A stretch of 64,000 bases of DNA. It comes from Squalus acanthias (Eukaryota). Positions 11,494 to 24,100 of this stretch are shown here, one piece after another. Under the pieces are notes generated by a model that saw only the letters and a list, made by a program, of their open reading frames with translations, was not told the DNA's origin and did no database searches. The stretch lies in the NCBI GenBank assembly GCA_030390025.1, contig CM059432.1:150910001-150974000 (forward strand), read 5' to 3'. Positions within the stretch are counted from its first letter, which is position 1. The number at the start of each line of letters is the position of its first letter. Made by a program: the position numbers and the translations under genes.

Positions 11494-12260
11494 CTGACAT
11501 TGTTGCACCTATCCTGCCAATGGATTTGCGGGATCTTGTGGAGGCAGCATTAGTGGTACCTCTCCAGTGCTTTGAGGTGCCTGCTGTACATGGTCCATGT
11601 CTCTGAAGCATACAGGAGGGTGGATATCACTACTGCTCTGTAGACCATGAGCTTGGTGCTGGGTTTGAGGTCCTGGTCTTCAAACACTCTCTTCCTCAGG
11701 CGACCGAAGGCTGCACTGGCACACTGAAGGCGGTGTTGGACTTCGTCATCGACGTCTGCCCTTGTTGACAGTAGGCTCCCGAGGTATGGAAAGTGGTCCA
11801 CATTGTCCAAGGCCTCGTCATGGATTTTGATAATCGGGGAGCAGTACTGTGTGGCGGGGGCAGGTTGGATGGATGACCTTTGTCTTATGGATGTTTAGTG
11901 TAAGGCCCATGCTCTCGTATGCTTCGGTAAAGGTGTTGACGATGGTTTGGAGTTCGACCTCAGTGTGCGCAGACACAAGCGTCGTCTGCATACTGTAATT
12001 CGATGACAGAGGATGGGACGACCTTGGATCTGGACTGGAAGCGACGGAGGTTGAACAGTTTCCCGTTTGGTCTGTAGATTAGTTCCATTCCAGCGGGAAG
12101 CTTACTGAGGGTGAGATGGAGCATTGCAGCCAGGAAGATCGAGAAGAGCGTTGGTGCGATACATAGATACATAGATACATAGAAGATAGGAGCAGGAGTA
12201 GGCCATCCGGCCCTTCGAGCCTGCTCCGCCATTTAATGAGATCATGGCTGATCCTCCAAT

Positions 12261-15129
12261 TCAGTATCCCGTCCCCGCCTTCTCTCCGTAACCCTTAACC
12301 CCTTTTGCCTGTAGAAATATATCTAATTCCCTCTTAAATATATTTAATGAGCTGGCGTACACTGCCCTCTGTGGCAATGAGTTCCACAGGTTCACCACCC
12401 TCTGAGTGAAGAAATTCCCCCTCATTTCTGTCCTAAATGGTTTAGCCCTTATCCTTAAATTATGTCCTCTAGTTCTGTTCTCACCCGCCAAGGGAAACAT
12501 TCCTTCTGCATCTAGTCTGTCTAGACCTGTCAGAATTTTATACACTTCTATGAGGTCCCCTCTCAATCTTCTAAACTCCAGTGTGTACATCCCTAAACTA
12601 CATAGTCTCTCCTCATAGGTCAATCCCGCCATTCCTGGTATCAGCCTGGTGAATCGCCGCTGCAACCCCCTCCATGGCAAGAACATCTTTCCTCAGATGA
12701 GGCGACCAAAACTGTACACAGTACTCGAGGTGTGGTCTCACCAGTGCCCTGTACAGCTGCAGCAAGGTATCCCTGTTCCTGTATTCCAACCCTTTTGCTA
12801 TGAAGGCCAGCATACCGTTTGCCTTCTTGACCGCCTGTTGCACCTGCATGCTCGCCTTCAGTGACTGGTGTACAAGAACACCCAGGTCTCTCTGTACTTC
12901 CCCCTCTCCCAATTTATTGCCATTTAAATAATAATTTGCCCTCCCGTTCCTGCACCCAAGGTGGATAACTTCGCACTTGTCCACATTATAGTGCATCTGC
13001 CATTTAACCGCCCAATCACCCAGTCTGTCCAAATCGCTCTGGAGCTTCCTGGTCTCCTCCTCTGAGCCCACCCCCCCTCCTAGTTTAGTGTCGTCTGCAA
13101 ATTTGGAAATGCTGCATCCGACTCCCTGATCCAGGTCATTAATGTAAATTGTGAACAGCTGGGGACCCAGGACAGATCCCTGTGGTACCCCACTTGTTAC
13201 TGCCTGCCATTCAGAAAATGAGCCGTTTATTCCAACTCTCTGTTTTCTATCTGACAGCCAGTTCTCTATCCACGTCAATACTTTCCCCTTTATCCCATGA
13301 GCTTCAATTTTCCATGCTAATCTTTTATGTGGGACCTTGTCGAAGGCCTTTTGGAAGTCCAGGTACACCACATCTACTGGCTCTCCCCCATCTATTTTAC
13401 CAGTTACTCCCTCAAAAAATTCCAATAGATTAGTCAAGCACGATTTACCCTTTGTAAATCCATGTTGACTCTGTCCTATCCTGTCCCCATTTGCTAAGTG
13501 CTCCGCTATTTCATCCTTAATGATGGACTCCAGCATTTTGCCCACAACTGATGTAAGGCTTACAGGTCTGTAATTACCTGCTTTTTCCCTACCCCCCTTT
13601 TTGAATAGTGGGGTAACGTTAGCTACCCTCCAATCCATGGGCACTGTTCCCGAGTCTAATGAATTCTGAAAAATCATACTTAGTGCATCCGCTATCTCTA
13701 GGGCCACCTCCTTCAGTACCCTAGGATGCATGTTATCAGGCCCTGGGGATTTGTCCGCCTTCAATCCCTTTAGCTTCCTTAACACCATATCCTTAGAGAT
13801 ATTGATTTGCATCAGTTCCTCCTTTGCCAATGTCCCTATTTTTCCCGATATCCCAGGGAGGTTTTTTGTGTCTTCCTTCGTAAAGACTGACCCAAAGTAT
13901 GCATTTAGTTGGTCTGCCATTTCCTTATTTCCCGTTATATATTCCCCCGTATCTGACTGCAATGGACCAACTTTGTTTTTCACCAGTCTTTTCCTCTTGA
14001 TATACTTATAAAAGCTTTTGGAGTTAGTTTTTATATTTTCCGCCAGCTTGCTTTCGTAAGCTATTTTGCCCCTCTTGATTAAGCCCTTTGTCCTCCTTTG
14101 CTCTATCTTAAACTGTTCCCAATCTTCCGCTCTGGCGCTTTTTTTGGCTATTTTATACGCCCTATCTTTGGATTTTATGCTGTCTCTAATTTCCCCTGTT
14201 ATCCACGGTTGAGTCACCTTTTTAGATTTCCTTTTATGCCAGATTGGTATAAACAATTTTTGCAATTTTGTCATTCTATCTTTAAATGCTTGCCATTGTT
14301 TATCTACCTCCAGTCCTCCCAGGAACGTTGTCCAATCAGACCTACTCAGTTCCCGTCTAATGGCATCATAATTCCCCTTGTTTAAATTCAGGACCTTAGT
14401 CTCTGAGTCAATTTCTTCGCTCTCCATTTCGAGTGAGAAATCGATCATGTTATGATCGCTCTGACCCAAGGGTCCCCGTACAACAAGATTACTAATTAGT
14501 CCCTTCTCATTGCACAGTACCCAGTCCAATATAGCCTGTTCCCGAGTTGGTTCCTCGACATATTGATCCAGATAACCATCCCTTAAACACTCAAGGAATT
14601 CCTCCTCCTCATTATTTTTACTGATTAGGCTAGTCCAATCTATATGTAAGTTAAAGTTACCTATGATGACAGCTGTGCTCTTATTGCACGCTTCTCTAAT
14701 TTCCCTCGTGATGCCCTCCCCAACCTCTATTTTACTATTTGGAGGCCTATATACCACTCCTATTAATGTTTTTCGCCCCTCGCTATTTCTTAGCTCCACC
14801 CATATAGATTCTGTATTAACTGAGTTAATATCCTTCCTTTCAATTGCATTTATCCCCTCTTTTACCAGCAATGCTACCCCTCCTCCCTTTCTTTTTTGTC
14901 GATCCTTCCTAAATACTGAATACCCCTGTATGTTAAGCTCCCAGCCCTGCTCACCCTGCAACCATGTTTCCGTAATCCCAATTAGATCATAATTATTAAC
15001 CTCTATTTCCACAGCTAATTCATCTACCTTGTTCCTGATGCTTCTCGCATTAAGGTATAAAACCCTCAGGCTTTTTTTATGCTCACATTTTTTATGAATT
15101 AGTTTGGCCCTTTGTTTTTTGTTCCTCAC
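12261..15129 (-). pseudogene. CR1 ORF2 (APE endonuclease + reverse transcriptase), one frameshift near 12665
   Basis: 838-aa ORF with YLNARS, GITETW, YRPP, SDHN, QHGF, GVPQGS, KFADD; the C-terminus continues in frame 12261-12686. The GDFN motif reads GNFN. Confidence 0.93.
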
Positions 15130-15203
15130 CCGTTTACCATTTATTTCTGTCTGCCTTTCACTTTCCTCTATTTCACTACATAGGTTTCTAGCCCCCTGCC
15201 ATA

Positions 15204-16151
15204 CTAGTTTAAATGCTCCCGAACTGCTTTATCAAAAATTACCCCGAGAACATCAGTTCCATCTTTGCACAGGTGTAGACCGTCCCTTTTGTATAGGTCA
15301 CACCTACCACAAAACTGGTTCCAATGCCTCAAAAATTTAAAACCCTCCCTCTTATACCACTGCTCAAGCCACGTATTTAGCCTAACTATCCTGTTCTCTG
15401 TACTCTTACTAGCACGTGGCAATGGTAGTAATCCAGAGATTACTACCTTCGAGGTCCTACTTTTTAGCTTGGCTCCTAACTCCCTAAATTCTACTTGTAG
15501 GACCTCTTCCCTTTTTTTAGCTACGTCGTTGGTACCAACATGTATCACGACAACTGGCTGTTCCCCCTCCCCTTCCAGAATGTTCTGCACCCTCGCCAAG
15601 ACATCCTTGACCCTTGCACCAGGGAGGCAACATACCATCCTGGAGTCTCGGTCGCGACCACAGAAACCCCTATCTATTCCCCTTACAATCGAATCCCCTA
15701 TTACTATAGCCCTGCCACTCTTTTTCCCTCCCTTCTTTGCAACAGAGCCAGTCATGGTGCCATGAGCCTGGCTGCTGGTGCCTTCCCCCGATGAGTCATC
15801 CCCCCCGACAACAGCACCTAAGGCGGTGAACCTGTTGCTAAGGGAGACAACCCCAGGGGATTTCTGCACTACCTTCCTGCCCTTGCTCTGCCTTTTGGTC
15901 ACCCATGTACTATCTACGCTGGCCTTAACCTGCGGTGTGACCAACTCACTAAATGTGTTATCCACAACCCTCTCAGAATCGTGGATGCTCCAAAGTGAGT
16001 CCATCCGCAGCTCAAGGGCCGTCATGCGGTCCCACATGAGCTGCAGCTGGACACACTTCCCGCACACATGGTTGTCAGGGACACAGGAAGCGTCCCTGAT
16101 TTCCCACATGTTACAGGAGGAGCATGACACAGGTCCGAGCTCTACTGCCAT
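15204..16151 (-). CDS. CR1 ORF1 protein: zinc finger/coiled coil plus SGNH (GDSL) esterase domain, intact 315 aa
   Basis: CSSC...CGKC N-terminus, then GDSIVRG, LPGA, HVGTND and DGLH, the SGNH blocks known from CR1 ORF1p. Confidence 0.92.
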   Translation of the reverse strand: MAVELGPVSCSSCNMWEIRDASCVPDNHVCGKCVQLQLMWDRMTALELRMDSLWSIHDSERVVDNTFSELVTPQVKASVDSTWVTKRQSKGRKVVQKSPGVVSLSNRFTALGAVVGGDDSSGEGTSSQAHGTMTGSVAKKGGKKSGRAIVIGDSIVRGIDRGFCGRDRDSRMVCCLPGARVKDVLARVQNILEGEGEQPVVVIHVGTNDVAKKREEVLQVEFRELGAKLKSRTSKVVISGLLPLPRASKSTENRIVRLNTWLEQWYKREGFKFLRHWNQFCGRCDLYKRDGLHLCKDGTDVLGVIFDKAVREHLN

Positions 16152-16593
16152 GACTTAACCCTTATATTACTTTTTAATTTTCTAGTTTTAGTTTATTTAT
16201 TGACTTTTGTTTTCCCGAAGCTTACTTAGACCAATGTATACTGTACTCCTCTTATTCCTTTTTAAACTAACCAAATCCCACTAGTTTTAGTTTTACTTTC
16301 TAGGAAGGTTTGAGGAAAGTACTTACCAGTTAGTCTTACCTCCCTGGTCTTTCGCTGACTTCCCGGTCTTGTGTCCCCTTGGTCCTACGCCGACTTCCCG
16401 CTCCTCCCGGTTCCTGCCCTGCTGAAAAGAAACTGAGACCAAAAAATTTGTGACCTCTGTTTTTAGACTGCTAAAAGACTAGTAGGTTAGAGGAGGAGGG
16501 CGGGTGGGGGGTTCCTACTCTGTAGGAACTCGGGTTTAAGCCACCACCCTCCTTAAATGCCGTTCACCTGGGTGCTTCCCACCTGGTCCGCTT

Positions 16594-16785
16594 CCGGTCT
16601 CGTCGCTCCCGACAACAGCCTGTGAAGAAAAGCCCGCGAAAGTGAGTTCAAATACTCACAGCACCTCACAGCACCTCCGGTCTCGTCGCTCCCGACAACA
16701 GCCTGTGAAGAAAAGCCCGCGAAAGTGAGTTCAAATACTCACAGCACCTCACAGCACCTTCGGTCTCGTCGCTCCCGACAACAGC
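16594..16785 (-). repeat. 83-bp tandem monomers at the CR1 5' end (2 full + 1 partial)
   Basis: Unit ccggtctcgtcgctcccgacaacagcc...cacagcacct starts at 16594, 16677 and 16760. Confidence 0.92.
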
Positions 16786-17177
16786 GATGACACAGTCTTG
16801 CTTGACCCTGGTCCTTACGTGAATTGGGTCTGTGGTGGATCCATTGGTCAGGATCACGGCTTGCATGTCGTCGTGAAGCAGGCGGAGGATGGTGACAAAC
16901 TTTTGAGGGCAGCCGAATTTGAGGACACTCCATAATCCCTCACGGTTGACGGTGTTGAAGGCCTTTGTGAGGTCAAAGAAGGCCATGTACAGTGGTGGTG
17001 TTGTTCCCTGCATTTCTCTTGTAGTTGACGCGCAGTGAAGATCATGTCCATTGTGCCCCTTAGTGGGCGGAATCTGCATTGCAACTCTGGGAGGAGCTCT
17101 TCAGCCAGTGGGAGAAGGCGATTGAGGAGGATTCTTGCGATGACTTTCCCTGTGGCAGACAGCAGGGAGACTCCTCC

Positions 17178-17550
17178 TAGATTCAGCGCAGGAAGCGCTT
17201 TAATGACCTAACCAGCTCAGGAATGGCGAGTACAGGAGCACATTCACCTACATCATGCTGTGCACATCACCGCCGCACTCTGCCTTCTCAAGCTTACTCC
17301 ATCACATCACTCCTCACACCCACTTACCTTGGAAACGCACCCATCATTCTCTTTCCTAACACTTCCTCACATCCCCACCTATTTATCTACCACTGCCACT
17401 CACCCTTATCCTAATGTAATTTGATGCCTCGCCCTGATAGTCACCCTCCCCAAATGCACTGTATCCATTGGGTGAACACCTGCCATTACAGTCACTGATA
17501 GGTCTGCTCTTTCCCCTACTGCTCGAGAAAGAACCTGCCTATGTGATACT
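17178..17550 (+). mobile_element. Decayed Harbinger Myb/SANT gene remnant
   Basis: Reads *IQRRKRFNDLTSSG followed by C/A-rich intron-like sequence, similar to WIQCRKKFNDLT at 33.8 kb. Confidence 0.55.
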
Positions 17551-17933
17551 GTAGGTGAGGATCTAAAAGGAATTAATTTGAAAATTGTATTATTTTTGCT
17601 CAAAAGATTACACATATAATCCTGGAGGAAGTAATTGTTATTCAAAGCCGTGTTTTGAAAAACAGATGATTTACTCAGGGAGCCATTAACTGGTTCTTTA
17701 GCTTATGGTCAGATAAAAGCAGATTTCTATACTATAATGTCGGACTTTCTAAACAGTCCTGTTGATTCAATGCCACAGCTGGTAGTGATGGGCTGGTCTC
17801 AATGAAAACATCTCTGTGGTTCAATAATTGTTTGAATGACACATATCTGACCTTTGAGCCCCAGAGCTGGAATGGCTGATTCTGCGATCAGGTGCTCCCT
17901 GTGAGTGAAGGTTGGGAACTCATGGTCGACTCT

Positions 17934-18757
17934 GGGGGGAATTTTGGCAGCCCTGGGAAGGTGGGTTTGGAGGTGGGACTGCTGGGAAAATGGCAGAAAC
18001 TGGGGGCGGGTACCGAACCCGCTCCCAACCCGCCTCCATGCCATCTTCCCGAGAGGCGGGTCCCCGAGTCGCGCAGGGACCCGTCTCCTCGAGGCGGGAA
18101 GGGGATTACAGCCACTTAACAGGTAGTTAACTGGTAGTTAAGAGGCGTATCCCCATTTTACCAACACAAGTGCGGGCTTCCCGACATCGGGAAACTCCGC
18201 CAGGGTCAGCGAGGCGAGCAGTGGGTCTGTGGGGGTCGGAGGGTTTGAAAGGTGCATTGTAAAGGTGAGTGATGGGTGCAAGTGTGGAGCGGTAATATGG
18301 GAGGTGAGTGAAAAGTGTTAGAAAAAGTTTCCTTACCTTTGTTTCTTCCTGCAGGCTTCAACCCTTGGGGATCCAGAGGTGCCTCATCTCAACGGCAGAG
18401 ATGACAGAATGGCTGCTGCATTCTCCGATACAACAGCCATCTGATTTCTGCTAAGGAGTGAGGTTTGGTGAGTCTTCAGTACAAGGACTTACATTAGAAC
18501 AGAGATTGTCAGTGTTTGACAGCTTCTCAAAGCTGTCAAACGCTGACAATTCATCTGTCAAAAATTTTTGACAGCTGAAACGTCATACGCTGACGTTCTC
18601 TGTCACCGGCTTTCCCTTAATTGGCCGGCTAAGCCCGCAGGGCGGACTTAACAAGGTCAATCAAGGGAAAAGAGCGTGGGTTGGCCGGATGTCGTTGGGG
18701 GCGGGACTGAAACCCGACAACCAGCAGTCCCGCCCCCCATTGATAAAATCCAGCCCC
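17934..18757. mobile_element. Harbinger-like MITE
   Basis: Ends ggggggaatttt...aaaatccagccc. The same termini and subterminal gtgggtttggag motif occur inverted at 61852-62088. Confidence 0.55.
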
Positions 18758-19890
18758 ATGTTTCTATTAGTAGGGGTGCATCATGTGAGTTCAGTGTTGT
18801 CCTTATTGCATCTGACAATCAAAGCTCTCCTGGTCTATCCTTCGATAACATATGGGCCCTGCCAGTAACTGAACTTTCTTATTTTAATTCAATAACAATT
18901 TGCCTTACATATGTTATATCGCCATTTCATTTCCAGATTATTTGAGGTGGAAAAATTAGATTTAGTTTAAGTGAACACATAATTAACAATATTAATTATA
19001 TTTCATTTATATAGAAGTGATTGTTTAGTTGTTCATTTTTTTAAATTAAGATAAACATACCAATTATATGTTTTGTCCTAAGTTCCTTAATATAACACAA
19101 TTTTTAATCTTTATAAATCTAATTCTTTTTCCAATTTTCATTGCACTGCAGAGAGCTGAACTTGATCATAAATAGTCTAACCATTAGCTCTGTGGCTCAA
19201 GGGTCTGGATCACAATAACTAATCAGGGAAGGAGTCAAAGTAAATTGCTTCTATCCCATTCACTTCTGTCACTGTGATATTTCAAGATGTGCCTGCTCAT
19301 TAAGTTCACTAATGCCAGGTCCGACTATGAATAAAATATTCACTGACTCTGTAGCTGAGGAATGCTGCATGAGTTCCTCATTGAGAAGACCTTTAGAAGG
19401 TCTTAACGAACAAAAATTGGCAATTGTGCTCAATTTTCACTATTGTTCATTAACCCATTTCTGGAGGGCTTTGAATTGTCAGATCGATCCTAAACATTGT
19501 TCAATAATCAATTAGCACTTTCTTTTGACATTGCTTCAATTTTTACTCATTTCTAGTTTTCCACTAAAATTATCAAACAAAGGAAAATATGGGCCTCTAT
19601 TGCAGAGTATTTGAGTGCATATGAGTGGGCTAGGACTGGATTAACATGAATCAAGGTGTCAGACGTGGCTCAGTGGGTAGCATTCTCGCCTCTGGGTCAG
19701 AAGGTCGTGGGTTCAGAGTCCCACTCCAGAGACTTGAGCACATAAATCTAGGCTGACACTCCATTGCAGTACTGAGGGAGTGCTGCACTGTCGGAGGTAC
19801 CGTCTTTTGGATGAGACATTAAACCGAGGCCCCGACTGCCCTCTCAGGTGGACGTAAAAGATCCCATGGCACTATTTTGAAGAAGAGCAG

Positions 19891-20577
19891 GGGACCTGAG
19901 TGGGAGCAACATAAAGAGTGGGAGAGGAGACGGCCCGGGACACCGCGGACCTGAGCGGGAGCAACATAAAGAGTGGGAGAGGAGACGGCCCGGGACACAG
20001 CGGACCTGAGTGGGAGCAACATAAAGAGCATGAGAGGAGACGGCCCAGGACACAGCGGACCTGAGTGGGAGCAACATAAAGAGCGTGAGAGGAGACGGCC
20101 CGGGACACAGCGGACCTGAGCGGGAGCAACATAAAGAGCGTGAGAGGAGATGGCCCGGGACACAGCGGACCTGAGCAGGAGCGTGAGAGGAGACGGCCCG
20201 GGACACAGCGGACCTGAGCGGGAGCAACATAAAGAGCGTGAGAGGAGACGGCCCGGGACACAGCGGACCTGAGCGGGAGCGGGAGAGGAGACGGCCCAGG
20301 ACACAGCGGACCTGAGCGGGAGCGGGAGAGGAGACGGCCCAGGACACAGCGGACCTGAGCGGGAGTGGGAGAGGAGACGGCCCAGGACACAGCGGACCTG
20401 AGCGGGAGCGGGAGAGGAGACGGCCCAGGACACAGCGGACCTGAGCGGGAGCGGGAGAGGAGACGGCCCAGGACACAGCGGACCTGAGCGGGAGCGGGAG
20501 AGGAGACGGCCCAGGACACAGCGGACCTGAGCGGGAGCGGGAGAGGAGACGGCCCAGGACACAGCGGACCTGAGCGG
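19891..20577 (+). repeat. Tandem array of 55-bp and 43-bp monomers (6 + 8 + partial) forming the CR1 5' end
   Basis: Unit cggacctgagcgggagc[aacataaagagc]gggagaggagacggcccaggacacag. Confidence 0.93.
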
Positions 20578-20843
20578 CAATTTAGAAAACAAAAAAAACC
20601 AAGGAGTGACATCACAGGACAGCAGGTAGATGATTGGTTGGTGAGTATTACAGTATTTTTTCTTTAAACTAAGAGCTGGGGAACTATATATATTATGTTA
20701 TTAAATATTAACTTACCTAGATAAACTAATTAATTAATATAACTATCAATAATCGTTTGATTAAAACTTTAACTAATTAAATAAGCAAATAAATAAAAAA
20801 CCTCGAGAGATGGCAGGGCAGGCTGTGTGTCAGGACTGTAGTA

Positions 20844-21178
20844 CAGGAAACTTTCGTTTATCCGGCACCCAAATATCCGGAATTCTCGCTTAACCGGCAA
20901 AAATCAGGTAAGTTTTATTATACAGACAAGACCCCGATTCTGACCTTTCGCCCCCACGAAAGGGGGGGGGTCAACGTTCTTCCGACTCGGACCTGTCGCC
21001 GCCACGGAGGAAAAAGCCGGAGTCTCGTTTACTTTCCCTCTCCGGGTCCCAATTGTTAAGCCTGTGGCCGTGTACGGGGCTCTCGTACCTTGGTAAGTAT
21101 ACCTCTCTGTAATCCGGCACTTTCGATCAACCGGCACCACGCCGGTCCCGTCGGTGCCGGATAAACGAAAGTTTCCTG
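20844..21178. mobile_element. Tc1/mariner-superfamily (pogo/Tigger-type) MITE, 335 bp
   Basis: Perfect 26-bp TIR caggaaactttcgtttatccggcacc with TA TSDs. Removing it restores CR1 ORF1 MAGQAVCQDCSMWEF. Confidence 0.92.
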
Positions 21179-24100
21179 TATGTGGGAGTTTGTGGACAGC
21201 GAGACTGTCCCAGATTCCCACATCTGCAGGAAATGTCTCTGCCTTCAGTCACTCCGGCTCAGAGCCACTGAGTTGGTGTGTGAGTTAGAGACACTCCGAA
21301 ACATAAGGGAGTTTTATCCAGAATACAGTCACACCCCAGAGGAAAGCACAGGTTCAGGAAGGGGAGGGTGTGACTGTCGGGGAGCTGGGTAGCGAGGACT
21401 TAGGAGAGGTTGAGAAGGAGGTCCCGCAGACACTGGTCCTGTCCAACAGGTACGATGTACTCGCTGTCCAAGGGGGGGAAGAACAGAATAGAAATGTGGT
21501 AGTGATAGGGGACTCTATAATTAGGGGTATAGATAGCATCCTCTGCAGCCAAGAACGAGAATCCCGAAGGGTGTGTTGCCTACCCGGTGCCAGGGTAAGG
21601 GATATCTCGAGGCGGTTGGAGAGGAATTTGGAAAAGGAGGGGGTAAATCCAGTTGTCATGGTCCATGTCGGAACAAATGACTTAGGTAGGAACAGGGAGG
21701 AGGTCCTGCTGAAGGAGTATCAGGAGTTAGGAGCTAAATTAAAAAGCAGGACCTTGAGGGTGATAATCTCTCTGGATTATTGCCCGAGCCATGTGCAAAT
21801 TGGCATAGACACAGTCAGATCAGGAGAATTAACACGTGGCTAAAGAGCTGGTGTGGGAAGGAGGGGTTCCTTTTCATGGGACACTGGCACCAGTACTGGG
21901 ACAGGAAGGAGCTGTACCGATGGGACAGGCTCCACCTGAACCGGGATGGGACCCGTGTCCTAGCGGAAAGGGTAAATAGGGAGGTGGCAAAGGCTTTAAA
22001 CTAGTAAGACGGGGCGAGGGATCTACAAGAAATGAAACCAGCCTAAATATAAACAAAACAGGAAAGGAGAGCAGAGGAAAGAGTGAAGTAAGGGAGGACA
22101 TTGGTGGCCAGGGAATAAATAGAGTTATAGAACAGGGGTGTAAATAGATGGTTAAAAATAAAGTGAGAGGAACTGCTATTAAAAATGAGTTAAACTGTCT
22201 GTACAGCAATGCACACAGTGTCCAGAATAAAACAGGGGAGCTGGAGGCAATCATGCATTACGAGGAACCAGACATAGTAGGGATTACTGAGACATGGCTA
22301 CAGAAAAATCAGGACAGGGAATTAAACATTGCAGGGTATAACATATTTAGAAAAGATAGAGAGGGAAAGGAGGAGGTGGAGTAGCTGTACTTATTATGGA
22401 TAACATAATGGTAGTAGATAAAAGTGACGCAGCTATCAGCAAAACTGAAATAGAATCCATGTGGATAGAGATAAAGGATCAGTCACACTAATAGGCGTAG
22501 TCTACAGACCACCTAATAGTGGAAGGGAGGTGGAGAAAGAACTATACAGACAAATTAGGGAAATGAGTAAAAGACATAGAATAATAATCATGGGGGATTT
22601 CAACTACCCAGATATTAATTGGACAGAAGAGGTAGGTAAAGGGGATAAGGGAATGGAAGTCCTACAATGTGTACAGGACTCCTTTCTAACCCAATATGTA
22701 AAAAGCCCAATAAGGGAGGATTCGCTATTGGATCCAGTAATGGGGAATGAGCCAGAGCAGATAAGAGAAGTAAAAGTTGGGGAACATGTAGGCAATAGTG
22801 ACCATAATATAATACACTTTAAGATAATAATTGAGAAAGACATAAGTATGACAAAGATCAGGATAATAGATTGGAGAAAAGCTGACTTTGAGGGGCTGAG
22901 AGTAGAACTTGGGAAAATAAAATGGGCAACAATATTGGCAAACAATGATGTAGAACAGAAATGAGAAACATTTAAAATGAGTCCAGGAAAAATATATTCT
23001 GCTAAAAAACAAAAACAATCTAAACACGAATGAGACACCATGGATGAATAAAGCGATAAGGGAAAAATTGAGGGTAAGGAAAGAGGCACACATTAAGTAC
23101 ATGGGCAGCAAGGGAGAGCATGACAGGAGAGAATACGAAGAGATTAGGAGAAAAGTTAAAAAAAACAATTCGGAAGACAAAGTGGAACTATGAAATTAAA
23201 TTATCAAGGAAGATAAAACAAAATAGTAAAATATTTTACAGGCACGTAAATAAAAAAAGGAAGGTCAGGATGGGAATAGAGCCACTAAGGGATGGACAGG
23301 ATAATACCACAGGTAATGATAGAGAGATGGCAGAGATATTAAATAATTACTTTGCTTCAGTATTTACCAGGGAGATAGAACAGGTGGACATGTCATTGGA
23401 TGATGAGATTAGTAATGAGATAACTGCATTTAAAATAAAATGAGGAGATATATTAACTAAACTAATGAAACTCAAAGAGGATAAAACCCCTGGTCCGGAC
23501 AGATTACATCCGTGCATTTTAAAAGAATCAAGGGAAGAGATAGCAGAAGCATTACTACACGTTTTTAGTAATTCGTTAGAAAAAGATCTAGTGCCAGATG
23601 ACTGGCGGATAGCTAATGTAATATTTATATTTAAGAAGGGAGATAGAACATGTCCAGGGAACTATAGACCAGCCAGCTTAACATACCGCGGTGGTAGGAA
23701 AAATAATGGAATCCCTACTAAAGGAGAAAATGGAAGAACATCTAGAAACCAAAAATATAATAATAGTCAGCATGGATTTCAAAAGGGAAAGTCTTCCTTA
23801 ACCAACCCCATTGAATTTGTTGAAGAGGTAACAGAGCGAGTAGACAAGGGTAATGCTGTAGATGTAATTTATCTAGATTTTCAAATAAAGCGATAAGGTA
23901 CCGCATAATAGACTGATGAACAAGGTCAGAGAATGCAGAGTCAGGGGACAAGTAGCAGAATGGATCGTTGGCTGGCTTCAAGACAGAAAGCAGAGAGTAG
24001 GGGTAAAGGGTAGCTATTCACAGTGGCAGAAGGTGGGTAGTGGTGTTCCACAAGGATCAGTGCTGGGACCACTGCTGTTCACAATTTATATTAATGATTT

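Larger units (their letters stand above)
12161..16783 (-). mobile_element. Full-length CR1 LINE inserted in the RTE
   Basis: (tatgtatc)n tail, CR1 3' UTR, ORF2, ORF1, 5' tandem monomers. Short TSD gcgat (12156-12160 / 16784-16788). Confidence 0.95.
6476..17177 (-). mobile_element. RTE LINE (5'-truncated) in three pieces: 6476-6992, 11499-12160 and 16784-17177
   Basis: (GAA)n tail at 6476. The pieces are colinear with the RTE at 1900-3500 once the Gypsy and CR1 insertions are removed. Confidence 0.92.

Noticed and set aside
19655..19730. tRNA genes (also 1530, 40585, 50421, 61072, 62708)
   Set aside because: A/B boxes are present but there is no complete cloverleaf; these are retroelement heads.
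19819..20615. Three long overlapping minus-strand ORFs and a CRISPR-like appearance
   Set aside because: Head-to-tail monomers without unique spacers, no cas genes, eukaryotic context; ORFs arise from a stop-poor repeat.
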